Assembly (NCBI GenBank): GCA_964632315.1
Contig: CAZWEM010000014.1
Span: 26,779 to 90,778, forward strand
Direction of reading: 5' to 3'
Length of the DNA: 64,000 bases
Source of the DNA: an uncultured archaeon
Lineage (GTDB): Archaea; Asgardarchaeota; Lokiarchaeia; Sigyniarchaeales; SOKP01
The notes below the pieces were generated by a model. It had not been told where the DNA came from. It saw only the letters and a program-made list of their open reading frames with translations, and ran no database searches. Positions 9,736-20,347 of this stretch are shown here, piece by piece; the stretch's first letter is position 1; every line of letters starts with the position of its first letter. Both the position numbers and the translations under genes were made by a program.

Positions 9736-10359
9736 ATGTTTTTTGGCAAGCGATTTAGTAGTTATCATTCAGATTCTCTATCAGGGATTGAGATTCTTGT
9801 TCTTTCCATCATAAAAAATCATGAAGGGATTACAGGTTATGATATAATCCAAATGATAAAAGGAAAGTTTGGCGGTATGTGGCATGCTTCTGCAGGGACG
9901 ATATATCCGTTGTTAAGTCGACTTGCCGATGATAATTTAGTTGAACTCCAAGAAGTTACCGAAAATAATCGTCTGAAAAAGATCTATTTCATCTCTAAAA
10001 AAGGCGAAGAAGAACTTGAGAAATTAGATAAAATTTTCACTGTGGGTGTCGATAATTTAAAAGATTTCATTCAAACCATTTTTAAGGCAATACCTGGAAT
10101 AGAAACTAAAACTAAATTTACTTTTTGTAATTTTCCATATAGTTCTTGTCATGAGCAGTCAACTAAAGATGAAACATTAGATCTTTCACAGCAAAATATT
10201 AATAAAATTAAGAAAGAAATTAAACAATTAAAAACAAGAGCAGAGTTAATTGACCAAGAAATTAAATCTCGAGAATACCTATTAAACAAAATTCTCAAGA
10301 AGCGAGAAACTAGCAAGCGCTCAATCGACATTGAAGATGATATAGATTATATCTCTTAA
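9736..10359 (+). CDS. PadR-family transcriptional regulator
   Basis: GITGYDII...WHASAGTIYPLLSRL...KKIYFISKKG winged helix. ATG 9736 follows an AGTGA RBS; the longer ORF start at 9667 lies inside the operator repeats. Confidence 0.9.
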   Translation: MFFGKRFSSYHSDSLSGIEILVLSIIKNHEGITGYDIIQMIKGKFGGMWHASAGTIYPLLSRLADDNLVELQEVTENNRLKKIYFISKKGEEELEKLDKIFTVGVDNLKDFIQTIFKAIPGIETKTKFTFCNFPYSSCHEQSTKDETLDLSQQNINKIKKEIKQLKTRAELIDQEIKSREYLLNKILKKRETSKRSIDIEDDIDYIS

Positions 10360-10386
10360 AAAAATTAAAATACAGAGGGTAAAAAT

Positions 10387-10884
10387 ATGTGTGATGAAAA
10401 AAAATATGACCCTAAAAGGATGCATCATTACGCACCTCATGGACAATTTTGTTTTTCTCCAAAAGGTGTTGCCAGAATGAAGAACGTGGCTGGTCAATTC
10501 ATTAAAGGGTTCATGCACCAAATGGGTTCCTATATTCCATATAATATTGATGACTTAGGTACTGAATACTTGATTATTGTTCCTTTACCAGGCAGGACGA
10601 AGGAAGATGTCAAAGTATCGCTAATTAACAAGAATATCAATGTCGAAGCGAAAAAACCTAAAATTTCTGAAAAAGAAGAGAAAGATGTAAAAGAGAAGGA
10701 AGAAGAATGCTGTGGGTTCCCTACGAGAGGTTTCCGATTCATTGACGTGAACATGGACATTCCATTACCCGTAGATGCGGATGAAAATTCAGTAAGCTCT
10801 AAAATGGGAAATGGATTGCTCAAAATTCAAGTTACAAAGAAACCAGCAAAGAATATCAACATTAACGAAGAGGAGAACAATTAA
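10387..10884 (+). CDS. Hsp20/alpha-crystallin small heat shock protein
   Basis: LPGRTKEDVKV...IPLPVDADENSVSSKMGNGLLKIQVTK plus a C-terminal I-x-I motif. Confidence 0.88.
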   Translation: MCDEKKYDPKRMHHYAPHGQFCFSPKGVARMKNVAGQFIKGFMHQMGSYIPYNIDDLGTEYLIIVPLPGRTKEDVKVSLINKNINVEAKKPKISEKEEKDVKEKEEECCGFPTRGFRFIDVNMDIPLPVDADENSVSSKMGNGLLKIQVTKKPAKNININEEENN

Positions 10885-10892
10885 AAAAGAGC

Positions 10893-10940
10893 GCTTTAGA
10901 ATGAATCTTGCTAGTGCAAGTCCGTAAAATCTTCTAAAGC
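10893..10940. terminator. Stem-loop between convergent hsp20 and SDR genes
   Basis: Outer stem GCTTTAGAA/TTCTAAAGC, inner stem CTTGC-TAGT-GCAAG, followed by a T tract. Confidence 0.5.
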
Positions 10941-11002
10941 ACCCCAATAAATAGTATTTTTTTTTCTATTTCTATATTTTTGTTATAATGTAATTATTGC
11001 AA

Positions 11003-11896
11003 TTAAAACGTAGAATGAAATTTTAAATCTTGGTTTAGGAGGAATTCTCCAAGTTCACTGTTTCTTGAAATTAGGGAATAAATGTCCTTATTCAATTGTT
11101 CCTTAAGAGAACTGAGTGCATTTTTGTAGTTTTGTGAGGTATATGACATTTGCTCTTGAACTGAATGCAATCCAGAAAATAGTTCTTGTTGGTTGATCAC
11201 TCTCCCTTGATACTTCTTCTTTGCTAAATCACTAGCTAAAAATAAATAAATTAGTGAGATATATTCAGGAGGATAAGTACTTCCTGATTTTTGACCTTGA
11301 CTCAGTAGATATTGCATCATCCTCGTATCAATAGCTCCAGGGAGAATTACATTAACACTTATATTGTGTTGTTTTACTTCAGACTGCAAGCTTTTTCCTA
11401 ATGCTGTTAGTGCGGCTTTAGATGCAGAATATGCGACCTTTTTATTAACAAAATAGACATTACCTTGCACAGATGATGTAATTAGAATTTTTCCATTTTT
11501 TTCATTTATCATAGAAGGAAGAATCTCTTTAATCAAGGTGTAGGTTCCAATCACGTTTAAATTGAACAATTTAACAGCGTCCTCGAGCGGTAGTTGTACA
11601 ACTGTCGAAAAATGAGTCATTCCCGCATTTGCAACCAATATATCACACTTATTAAATTCCTTCTGGTATTCTTTAACACACGCTTGTACGCCTTCGATCC
11701 TTGAGTGATCAACAGGGATAGAAAGTCCTCTAACACCATATGATTCGATTTCTTCGACCACACTTTCTAACTCTTCTATTGTTCTAGATGAAACTGCTAC
11801 GTTAGCTCCATTTTTGGCAAAGTCAAGCGCGATTGCTCTACCTATTCCACGCCCACCACCCGTTATTAGAGCACATTTTTCTTCAAGTAATTTCAT
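11003..11896 (-). CDS. Short-chain dehydrogenase/reductase
   Basis: TGGGRGIG, NAG, YSASK and PG.IDT motifs. Confidence 0.92.
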   Translation of the reverse strand: MKLLEEKCALITGGGRGIGRAIALDFAKNGANVAVSSRTIEELESVVEEIESYGVRGLSIPVDHSRIEGVQACVKEYQKEFNKCDILVANAGMTHFSTVVQLPLEDAVKLFNLNVIGTYTLIKEILPSMINEKNGKILITSSVQGNVYFVNKKVAYSASKAALTALGKSLQSEVKQHNISVNVILPGAIDTRMMQYLLSQGQKSGSTYPPEYISLIYLFLASDLAKKKYQGRVINQQELFSGLHSVQEQMSYTSQNYKNALSSLKEQLNKDIYSLISRNSELGEFLLNQDLKFHSTF

Positions 11897-12032
11897 GAAA
11901 TTATCTCAATTGTCAACTGATTAACTTCTATATTCTACCTAATTAAATGATACCTAAGTTATATTTTAATTAGATTAATATGATATTGTATAATTAAAGG
12001 TTTTAGAAAAATCAATTTGAAATTTTTGATCA

Positions 12033-12545
12033 ATGCCGTTTACGCCTTTTCATTTCGGTCCAAGCGGACTCATTGGACAATTATTGCTAAAATGGGTTGA
12101 TTTTCCGACCATCCTAATAGCGAGTGTTGTCATAGATATCGAGCCATTATTTGTTATACTTTTCAATTTGTCCTATCCCTTACATGGGTTTTTCCATTCA
12201 TTCTTGGGGGCGACTTTAGTGGCCTTACTGCTAATCTTAATAATGAGATACTTTAGAAGATATTTTTCAGTTTTTATGAAAATTTTTAAATTAAAACAAG
12301 ATGTAACCTTGAAAAAGATCGCTTTAGGAGCATTTATCGGACTTTTTGCTCATATCCTATTGGATGCTCCAATTTATGTAGAAATGAATCCTTTTTTCCC
12401 GATCGTAGGAAATCCTTTTTTAGTTAAAAATGCGTTCATTAGCTTGGAGATCTCGATTTTTTGTATCTTTTGTTTCTTAAGTGCGATCTTAATTTATTGT
12501 ATTAGACTTATTTTTCAATATAGAAAAAGAAATAGATTAAAATAA
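12033..12545 (+). CDS. Membrane-bound metal-dependent hydrolase (YdjM/DUF4184-like)
   Basis: MPFTPFH, DIEP, LHGFFHSF, HILLDA. Confidence 0.8.
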   Translation: MPFTPFHFGPSGLIGQLLLKWVDFPTILIASVVIDIEPLFVILFNLSYPLHGFFHSFLGATLVALLLILIMRYFRRYFSVFMKIFKLKQDVTLKKIALGAFIGLFAHILLDAPIYVEMNPFFPIVGNPFLVKNAFISLEISIFCIFCFLSAILIYCIRLIFQYRKRNRLK

Positions 12546-12559
12546 AATATAATAAAAAT

Positions 12560-13534
12560 TTAAGTTGATTTTCTTATTTTACGTTTTCTCACGATTACAT
12601 AGACGATAAGAACGACGCTACCACCAATAAAGCTGAATATTAACGTATAAAAAAGCCAATCACTATTACTACTTGTTATTTGATATATAATGTTATCACT
12701 TGCGTCTTTCACCGTGAAAGATGAAAGAATTCCATTGGAACCATATGTAATTTCAATAGAATAATCCGTAACACCTGTTTTATCAAAAATTAATGTTGAA
12801 CCACTAGCTGTGGTATCCACGCAACCTAGGTCGGTGACCATTGTTTCAAGATAAGTGTCTCTTGGAGATAGCACCCCAAAACCGTAATTCACTAATTGCC
12901 AAGCAAATTGATCGGCTGAAACGTTAGGTAGAAATCCACTTTTTACAGGAATAGGTAATGTAGAGTTCCAAATTTCATCAACGATGGAATTACAATCATC
13001 AAGGATTAACTTATAATCCGAAGGATTTTTCATCATAACAATTGGGACAACAGTGTTATTCGGAGTTTCTGGATAAGTGCCTTTGGTGAAGTACCATTCA
13101 GCACTTATTCCAGACCAAACGGCATATTCGTTAGGGTATTTATCATTAATCGTAGTTTCATTAAATCCTGCTGCCGTAATACTATCATTGAAAGTCAACC
13201 ATGTTATATATTCACTTAGTGAAAAATACAATGAAAGCATTGCTTGATATGTGCTAAAAGTTGTATCCACCCAACCTTTTACAGTTTGTTTACTTTTTGC
13301 TCCTGTAACATTAGCATCCCCATGGAAGAATTGTTTAGGACTTGAAGTATTACTTACGGTTGATTTCCAAGCAGTAGCATCATACATTTTAACAGTATAT
13401 TCTTCAGTACTTTTCGTTAGCGTTAACTGATAATTTGGAGTTGCAGATACCGCCGTAAACCCAAAACCGATCATTAACAATCCCAATAATCCTAATGTTA
13501 ACACAATAACCCTATTTCGCGTTCTTTTCATCAT
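12560..13534 (-). CDS. Secreted, C-terminally membrane-anchored surface protein
   Basis: N-terminal signal/TM segment, T/S/N-rich body with N-x-S/T sites, C-terminal TM plus basic tail; overlaps the permease stop (ATGA). Confidence 0.8.
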   Translation of the reverse strand: MMKRTRNRVIVLTLGLLGLLMIGFGFTAVSATPNYQLTLTKSTEEYTVKMYDATAWKSTVSNTSSPKQFFHGDANVTGAKSKQTVKGWVDTTFSTYQAMLSLYFSLSEYITWLTFNDSITAAGFNETTINDKYPNEYAVWSGISAEWYFTKGTYPETPNNTVVPIVMMKNPSDYKLILDDCNSIVDEIWNSTLPIPVKSGFLPNVSADQFAWQLVNYGFGVLSPRDTYLETMVTDLGCVDTTASGSTLIFDKTGVTDYSIEITYGSNGILSSFTVKDASDNIIYQITSSNSDWLFYTLIFSFIGGSVVLIVYVIVRKRKIRKST

Positions 13535-14388
13535 AACTGCCTCCTTTTGAATAAATATGCTGCTAGAATAAAGAAAGCAACGATATATACTATAAACATC
13601 GTTATTCCCGCTTCAATACTGGGAGTAATCCACGTCCCAAACACAAATCGCCCACCTAAACCACCTGGTCCACTTCCCCCGAACGAAAATTCCGTGTAAC
13701 GAGGATTTGGAAAAGGGTTTTGGAGGATTGATGTGATTAGATTGCCTAGGTATGTCAATGAATAGAGAGGTTCAAGGGTATCTCGTAAAAATAATGTAAC
13801 AATTGAATCTGCGATGCTAAATCCAATTAACAAGACGACCAAGGTTATTATGATCGTCAAATTTACGTTTTTCATAAAGGAACTAAAAAATGTAACAAAG
13901 CTACTTAGCATGATAACATATAACACAGCAAAGCCAAATGAATAAAACACGCGTATCGTTAGGGCAGGACCATAGTATAAAACTCCTAATGTGCAGAGTA
14001 AGAAATAATATATTGCAACGAGAGATACCACTAAGATAAGATTACCTAAATATTTTCCAATTATTAATCGATACTTGTTAATCTTTGGAAAGACTATAAA
14101 CCCTGTTCTATCATAAAATTCTGAACAGATAATACCCGAAAAGAACAAGCATGCTGCGAATAAAGTGAGAAACGAAATAAAATTAAGACCACCGCTGATA
14201 AATTGCGTATAAGTGTCCGATAAGAGATTTCCTGGAATCTGTACTAAAAGAACACCCAATAAATAGGCAATTAAAATTACAAGCCCTAAGAAAAAGTAAA
14301 ATTTCTTACGTTGCTTCTTAATTTCAAAGATAATTGTGTGAAATATAGGCATGAATTCCTCAGTTATAGTTTCTTCACGTTCTTTCAT
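13531..14388 (-). CDS. ABC-2 type transporter permease
   Basis: About 6 TM helices; EFYDRTG...PKINKYRLIIGKYLG; follows the ABC ATPase. Confidence 0.85.
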   Translation of the reverse strand: MKEREETITEEFMPIFHTIIFEIKKQRKKFYFFLGLVILIAYLLGVLLVQIPGNLLSDTYTQFISGGLNFISFLTLFAACLFFSGIICSEFYDRTGFIVFPKINKYRLIIGKYLGNLILVVSLVAIYYFLLCTLGVLYYGPALTIRVFYSFGFAVLYVIMLSSFVTFFSSFMKNVNLTIIITLVVLLIGFSIADSIVTLFLRDTLEPLYSLTYLGNLITSILQNPFPNPRYTEFSFGGSGPGGLGGRFVFGTWITPSIEAGITMFIVYIVAFFILAAYLFKRRQL

Positions 14389-15435
14389 TTATAATATTCC
14401 CTCCTTATATTGGTTTAAAGTCTTTTCTTTATCATCAGATACCATCTCAATATATACTCTTTCAAGCTGTGAAGTTCTTGGTTGTAGATATGAAACGACA
14501 GAAAAATCAGATTCAAACTCTTTAATGAGAATCTTCAATATTTCCACTCTAGATTCTGGTTTCCCATCGAAATAAAAGATAAATGCTTGTTCTTCAGGGT
14601 TATATCGAATGGGGATTTTAGAGATTCTTGGATCAAGATCTTGATCTAAGAAAGGTCCGAGTCTTTTTGTCAATCGTTGTAGGATAGGAGCTAAACTCTC
14701 GGCTTGAATTAGTTCAAGGGTAGTACAATTTAGCTCATTTGCCTTTAATGTTAATGCTAAATTTTCTACTGTATCAAATCCTAAGATTTTACCATGATTT
14801 ATTAACGCGATTTTGTCACAGACTTCCGAGATTTCATATAGCATGTGTGATGCCACGAATATTGTTTTTCCCGTTTTTTGTAATTTACGTAAGAATCGTC
14901 TGATTTCAATGCGAGCTAATGGATCTAAACCCGTTTGAGGTTCGTCTAAAATGATGATATCTGGATCGTGAATTAGTGCTTGAATTATTCCTAGTTTCTG
15001 TGTCATTCCTTTTGAGAAAGTTTTCACATTTTTGAACTTCCATGATGTTAATTCGAAGAATTCTAATAACTCATCAATTCTCTCATTAATCTTCTTTTTT
15101 GGGTAGTGGGAGAGTTGAGCAAAATACCTGAGTAATTCATAGGCGGTCATATTGTAGAAGTTGGGAATATCAATTAAAAATCCGATTCTACTCATTCCAG
15201 CAGATACCTTCTCTAAGTCAGTTAATTCACGATGATTGGTCCTGATGAGGATTTTTCCTCCATTTGGTCGAAGTATCTTGGCAATCATCTTGATGGTTGT
15301 CGTTTTACCCGCTCCATTCGGCCCGACTAGACCGATTGTCTCTCCTTTGCATACCTCAAGGTTAATATTATCAACTGCAGTAAAGTTACCGAATCTTTTT
15401 GTCAAGTTCTCCAGTTTAATTACTATATCTGACAT
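14389..15435 (-). CDS. ABC transporter ATP-binding protein
   Basis: GPNGAGKTT, FSKGM, ILDEPQTGLDP, SH motifs. Confidence 0.95.
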   Translation of the reverse strand: MSDIVIKLENLTKRFGNFTAVDNINLEVCKGETIGLVGPNGAGKTTTIKMIAKILRPNGGKILIRTNHRELTDLEKVSAGMSRIGFLIDIPNFYNMTAYELLRYFAQLSHYPKKKINERIDELLEFFELTSWKFKNVKTFSKGMTQKLGIIQALIHDPDIIILDEPQTGLDPLARIEIRRFLRKLQKTGKTIFVASHMLYEISEVCDKIALINHGKILGFDTVENLALTLKANELNCTTLELIQAESLAPILQRLTKRLGPFLDQDLDPRISKIPIRYNPEEQAFIFYFDGKPESRVEILKILIKEFESDFSVVSYLQPRTSQLERVYIEMVSDDKEKTLNQYKEGIL

Positions 15436-15553
15436 TATTTTTCAAATCTTTTTTTTAGATTCTAACTCTGAAATCTTCTTATTACTAAAAAGTTTATTAC
15501 TAAAAATTTAAAGCGTCATAAATAGCCAAAATAGTGAGTCAAAAATATCAAAT

Positions 15554-16036
15554 TTAGGGTTTAATGTTTTTATCAAACTTTTTTAGTCGTTTTTCTCGAT
15601 CTTTTATGTATTTTTTCACTGAACGAAAAATCATATAATATCCTCCTTGGTATATCCTATATCCATGAAATATCTTTCCTATTTTTGATCCCATAAAATA
15701 CCAAGGGAGATAGGATATAAATAAGAATACTGAGATTAATTCCATTCCTGATTGAGGCATTATTCCATAGTCAATTCCAAAAAGTAAAAAGGAATTCCAT
15801 AAATAATATTTTCCGGACTCATTAGATGGTATATTTACCCATACAAGTCCATTTAAGAATCCAGTATAGATAATATCTAAATATATCAAAATCTCGGTTA
15901 CCCAAATTATAGTCAAAAATATACAAGCCAGAAACACGATCCAATCTTTATTTCTTTTGCGAAGATGTTTCCGATAAAGATAGGAATTGACCCATCCCAT
16001 TACAAAGCAAATAATCATGCTCTCAACAAATCCCAA
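15554..16036 (-). CDS. Hypothetical membrane protein
   Basis: 160 aa, hydrophobic segments; 2 nt downstream of the epimerase gene. Confidence 0.7.
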   Translation of the reverse strand: MGFVESMIICFVMGWVNSYLYRKHLRKRNKDWIVFLACIFLTIIWVTEILIYLDIIYTGFLNGLVWVNIPSNESGKYYLWNSFLLFGIDYGIMPQSGMELISVFLFISYLPWYFMGSKIGKIFHGYRIYQGGYYMIFRSVKKYIKDREKRLKKFDKNIKP

Positions 16037-16038
16037 TT

Positions 16039-17166
16039 TTATTCACTCTCCAACCAATTATTTGATACATACCAATCAATTGTGTTTTTAGTAGCAGATT
16101 TGTATTCGGGGAACTTGAAGTTAAATCCAATATCCTTTATTTTTTCATTTGAGAAGAGATATTGATGGATTGTATAAGCTGTCATTGCACTGTCAACTGG
16201 AGGTCTTGCATTTAAGGCACGTGCTTTTTGTTCCTTGCGTTCATTTAATTTATATAAAAATTTAGAAAAGCCCTTAAAGAAAGGCCACCAAACTGGAAAA
16301 TTGAAGTAATTAACATTTAGGAGATCAGCAATGTATTCCATAAAATCCTCTTGAAAACAAGGATCGATTACAAGATTATAAGCTTCTCCTATGGACTCCT
16401 CTTTTTCAGAGAGTAATATAGCTGCTCTTACTAAATCTTCTACATGAATCATTGGCATTGCCAAACGTTTTTTTTTGGGATATACATGAATACCTGGACC
16501 AAATCCAGATTTATTTATAAGTTGAAACACGTGAAACATCCCGTATGCTTGATATGGACCCATTATAGGCGCAGGGCGAATAATAGTTGCTTTTAATCCG
16601 GTTTTGTGGATGAACTTTTTTAATAGAAGTTCTTGTTCCATTTTACTAATACTGTAATTATTTGGAGGATTATAAGGCTCGGTTTCATCTGTTGGTATCG
16701 GATATCCTTTCTTATCTTTTTTATATTTAGGTTCTCCATAAACACCGCAAGTACTCCAATGTATAAATCGTAATCTATCAATATTTTGCGTTTCTTGGAC
16801 TACTTCAAGCAAATTTTTTATCCCTTCGACGTTAATTTTTCTTAAGTCATTTAACTTGGCGAAGTAATCATATAAACTTGCAGTGTGGAAAACGATATCG
16901 AATTTTTCTTCCAAAAATAGCCTTCTAAGAGAATTCTTATCGATTAGATCGGAAGGAATGAATGTAATTGTTTCATTTTCTAATACTTCTGTCATATTTT
17001 TAAATCTGGGACTAAAAACTGTTTCTTTTGTCATCACTTCTGTTCTTTTATCACTGGGAAGATCGGTTGCTATTACTTTCCACGTGGGTTTAGTCTCTAA
17101 TATTTCTTTAACAAGGAATGTTCCAGTATGTCCTTTTGCACCATCTACTAATACTAATTTACTCAT
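16039..17166 (-). CDS. NAD-dependent epimerase/dehydratase (extended SDR)
   Basis: GAKGHTG, HTAS, STCGVYG, YSISK, HVEDL. Confidence 0.9.
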   Translation of the reverse strand: MSKLVLVDGAKGHTGTFLVKEILETKPTWKVIATDLPSDKRTEVMTKETVFSPRFKNMTEVLENETITFIPSDLIDKNSLRRLFLEEKFDIVFHTASLYDYFAKLNDLRKINVEGIKNLLEVVQETQNIDRLRFIHWSTCGVYGEPKYKKDKKGYPIPTDETEPYNPPNNYSISKMEQELLLKKFIHKTGLKATIIRPAPIMGPYQAYGMFHVFQLINKSGFGPGIHVYPKKKRLAMPMIHVEDLVRAAILLSEKEESIGEAYNLVIDPCFQEDFMEYIADLLNVNYFNFPVWWPFFKGFSKFLYKLNERKEQKARALNARPPVDSAMTAYTIHQYLFSNEKIKDIGFNFKFPEYKSATKNTIDWYVSNNWLESE

Positions 17167-17262
17167 TTTCTAATATATATCAGATCTTCAGTCCTAATTA
17201 ATATTCTGATTTATTAATAAAGTGAAGATTGAATTTGATAGTGAAAGCTTAAGAAGTTAATT

Positions 17263-18096
17263 TTATGAGTATTTATTTTTACTAAAACCACCGTGATGAA
17301 AATGAATTTGGCATTTCACTTTGAATCTCTTTCCCAATTCTAAGATCTTTTGAGAGATTACATCCCAAAACATATTATCGGGTGGTCTCCCATAAATCTT
17401 TTTATAATCTGGAATGAGATTAGGTCTGTTTTTTTTAATAAATTGAAATACTCGCTTTCTATTGTTAGGTCGAACATTTAAATTTTCAAATGAGAAATAT
17501 TTCACATGATCAGCCATTATTTCCATAATTTGTTCAATCTCTGTAATATATGGAAGAATTGGAGATATAAAGACATGTGTATTCAATCCTGCATTCTTGC
17601 ATGCTTTAAGAGCATCAAATCTCCTAACAGGAAGAGATGCACGAGGCTCGAGTTGTTTTGCGAGCTCAATATTTATCGTGGATACTGAAACTGCAATATC
17701 AATATTATGAAATTGCTTAAATATATCTATATCTCGCTTTACAAGTTCAGACTTAGTTAAAATAGATAATTTTGGCTGATGTGCTACTAATTTTGTGAGT
17801 ATCGCTCGAGTTACTTCAAATTTTCTCTCATGAGGTAGATATGGATCGGTAACTGAACTAAATAAAATTTCTTTTCCCTCATAATGACCTCGCGGTTTTA
17901 CTAATTCTGGTCCATTTTTTTTCACATCAAGAAATTCTCCCCATGGTTCATGATGATCTGTAAATCGTTTCATGAAATCCGCATAGCAATATATACAACC
18001 ATGTTCACAACCAACATAGGGATTTACTACTAAATCAACACTGGGGATGTTACTTTTCGTGAGGATGCTTTTAGATTCGATTTCTTGAATTAACAT
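17263..18096 (-). CDS. Radical SAM protein, SplB-like/Rv2578c family
   Basis: NPYVGCEHGCIYCYA, SSVTDPY, ILTKS, LEPRAS. Confidence 0.9.
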   Translation of the reverse strand: MLIQEIESKSILTKSNIPSVDLVVNPYVGCEHGCIYCYADFMKRFTDHHEPWGEFLDVKKNGPELVKPRGHYEGKEILFSSVTDPYLPHERKFEVTRAILTKLVAHQPKLSILTKSELVKRDIDIFKQFHNIDIAVSVSTINIELAKQLEPRASLPVRRFDALKACKNAGLNTHVFISPILPYITEIEQIMEIMADHVKYFSFENLNVRPNNRKRVFQFIKKNRPNLIPDYKKIYGRPPDNMFWDVISQKILELGKRFKVKCQIHFHHGGFSKNKYS

Positions 18097-18153
18097 CTTT
18101 AATTTTCCAAATTTTTAGAACAATTAATAAAAAATGAGATTCTTTAAGAAATA

Positions 18154-18939
18154 ATGGTTGATAAAACATTAAGTTGGGACGCGAAGCTTTATCAAAATAG
18201 TTCTAGTCTTCAATTCGAATTAGGATTAATGGGCATAGACAAGCTCAATCCTAATGGTTCAGAAAAAATTTTAGAGATTGGATGTGGTAATGCGAAGTTA
18301 ACCATTGAATTAGCTAAAAGGAATCCTAATGGAACAATCACGGCCATCGAGATTTCTGAAGAAATGATTTCTCAAGCTAAATCTAACATTTCAAGAACAA
18401 ACTTTTCAAACATTAAGCTTATTCATGGAGATGCTATTCAAATTGACTTTAATAATGAATTTGATGCAATTTATTCAAATTCAGCGATTCATTGGATAAA
18501 AAATCTTGAATTAATGTATGAAAAAATGTATAATGCTCTCAAACAGAATGGGCGAGTTATGATCCAGACAGGTTTGCGAAGCACGAATTCGTTAGTTAAA
18601 ACAATTTACAAATTGATTAGTTTAAAAAAATATCAAGATGCTCTGATTGATTTTAAAAGTCCATGGCGGCATTTAACGATTGAAGAAACCGATCAATTAT
18701 TACATTCTGTTTGCTTTACTGATATAAATATTCAAGAGTATAATCATCTTGTGAAATATGATACAGAACTAGATATGCTAAATTACTTTAAATCAGCAGC
18801 ACTAGTACCTTTTCTAACCATTTTACCGGATGAGTTAAAAGATGAATTCGTGAGAGATTTTAGAAAAATTTATTTAAATTTCAACGAAAATCGTTTAGAA
18901 GTTGAGATGAAACGTCTCTTTATAAGCGCAGTAAAGTAA
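18154..18939 (+). CDS. Class I SAM-dependent methyltransferase (Tam-like)
   Basis: ILEIGCGNA, FDAIYSNSAIHW. Confidence 0.88.
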   Translation: MVDKTLSWDAKLYQNSSSLQFELGLMGIDKLNPNGSEKILEIGCGNAKLTIELAKRNPNGTITAIEISEEMISQAKSNISRTNFSNIKLIHGDAIQIDFNNEFDAIYSNSAIHWIKNLELMYEKMYNALKQNGRVMIQTGLRSTNSLVKTIYKLISLKKYQDALIDFKSPWRHLTIEETDQLLHSVCFTDINIQEYNHLVKYDTELDMLNYFKSAALVPFLTILPDELKDEFVRDFRKIYLNFNENRLEVEMKRLFISAVK

Positions 18940-19105
18940 AAAAAATTTCAAAATAGAAAGTTCTCTTCGTGAAATATTACCAATAGTTTGGGCAACGTAG
19001 AGTATTTCTTCTAAATATTATCGATGTATTACATTGATATTTTATTTTAATTTCGCTCCTAAATATTAAAATATTCAATTAGATTATTAATCAAGGTGAA
19101 TTTTA

Positions 19106-19261
19106 ATTAAATTAATTACATGCCACATTCCAGAAGCATATCTCAGCGGTATTGAGGAACTTGTTAACATGAATTTATATCCCAATCGTTCTGAAGTAAT
19201 TCGAGTAGCAATTCGAGACTTACTAAAAACTGAACTCAGCACTATCTTGCGAAAAGAATAA
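19106..19261 (+). CDS. CopG/Arc/MetJ ribbon-helix-helix protein (51 aa, ATT start; not in ORF track)
   Basis: (M)KLITCHIPEAYLSGIEELVNMNLYPNRSEVIRVAIRDLLKTELSTILRKE. GGTGA RBS at 19095-19099; in-frame TGA at 19097 excludes an upstream canonical start. Confidence 0.85.
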   Translation: MKLITCHIPEAYLSGIEELVNMNLYPNRSEVIRVAIRDLLKTELSTILRKE

Positions 19262-19331
19262 TTTTTTAATTTTATCTTTTTTATAATTTGTATAAAAAGA
19301 TAAATGAAACTCAATTCCTTCACTCTTTACC

Positions 19332-20309
19332 TTGGGGTTTCAAAATAGCACTAAAATGATTGTAATAGTAATCTGGATTATAATTTTTACGGGGAGTTTT
19401 TTATTAATTTACTTTTCTGCAGATTTTTTTATTGATAATTTAAAAGAATTCGGAGTAAAATATGAGTTTTCACCATTTGTTTTAGGTTTATTAATTCTTG
19501 GAATTGATCCTGAAGAATCAATTACTAGTATCGTTGCGTCAATAAATAAATTGCCCTACATAGCATTAGGGAATGTTATAGGTAATTCTATATTGTCTTT
19601 GACGCTGTGTTTCGCCCTTCCTGCTTTCTTTCATAAAATTAATCTCAAATCTGTGACAAATTCTTATTTTATTATCATTTTTTTAAGTTTATTGAGCATT
19701 TTACTCGGGATCTTTTTCAGTAATCTCATTATGGTTTTTGGTATTGCTTCTATTTTCCTATATTTGATTTATTTAAAAGTCTCGCTAAAAGAAATAAGAG
19801 CTGATGAGAAAGCAAATCTAAGTGAAACACTTGATATCTTTAAAGTAACTGAAAAGCAAAAGACTTCAATTCAATTGATAATATATATCTTCTTGAGTCT
19901 ATTTCTTATTATTATTGGGGGAGAATTTTTAATAATTTCTGCCGAAAACTTGATGAAATTATCAAGAATTTCTGAAACATTCTTTGGGTTTGTGATAATT
20001 AGCTTTCTTACTAATGTTGAAGAATTAACGCTTGTTTTTAAGTCAATAAAAAAGAAATCCTTAGCCATCGGATTAGGAGGGATGATAGGAAAAATAATAT
20101 GGAATTTATGTTTTACATTTGGAATTAGTGGTATCATTATAATTCACTATAACTCCAACCTATTATTATTCTATAATTGGATATTGCTAGTAGGGTTGAT
20201 TTTTGGTTATAAAATCTTATCAAAACGGAAATATATGTATCGCAGGTCTGCTTCAATTTTATTAGGTTTCCTTGCTGTGTTTCTTTTCATAAATTTCTTA
20301 AATATTTAA
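19332..20309 (+). CDS. Sodium:calcium antiporter (CaCA/YrbG family)
   Basis: Two alpha-repeats (GIDPEE...GNVIGN; LTNVEE...GGMIG), about 10 TM helices. Confidence 0.8.
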   Translation: MGFQNSTKMIVIVIWIIIFTGSFLLIYFSADFFIDNLKEFGVKYEFSPFVLGLLILGIDPEESITSIVASINKLPYIALGNVIGNSILSLTLCFALPAFFHKINLKSVTNSYFIIIFLSLLSILLGIFFSNLIMVFGIASIFLYLIYLKVSLKEIRADEKANLSETLDIFKVTEKQKTSIQLIIYIFLSLFLIIIGGEFLIISAENLMKLSRISETFFGFVIISFLTNVEELTLVFKSIKKKSLAIGLGGMIGKIIWNLCFTFGISGIIIIHYNSNLLLFYNWILLVGLIFGYKILSKRKYMYRRSASILLGFLAVFLFINFLNI

Positions 20310-20347
20310 CTTCCATCTTTTTATACCGTAACTCATTTTTTTAGATA

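Noticed and set aside
10893-10940. Hairpin containing ATGA after hsp20 considered as a SECIS
   Set aside because: No GA on the 3' side opposite AUGA, no A-rich apical loop, and neither flanking gene has an in-frame TGA; more likely a terminator or stability hairpin.
19087-19323. 78-aa minus-strand ORF in the track
   Set aside because: It is the antisense shadow of the plus-strand RHH gene.
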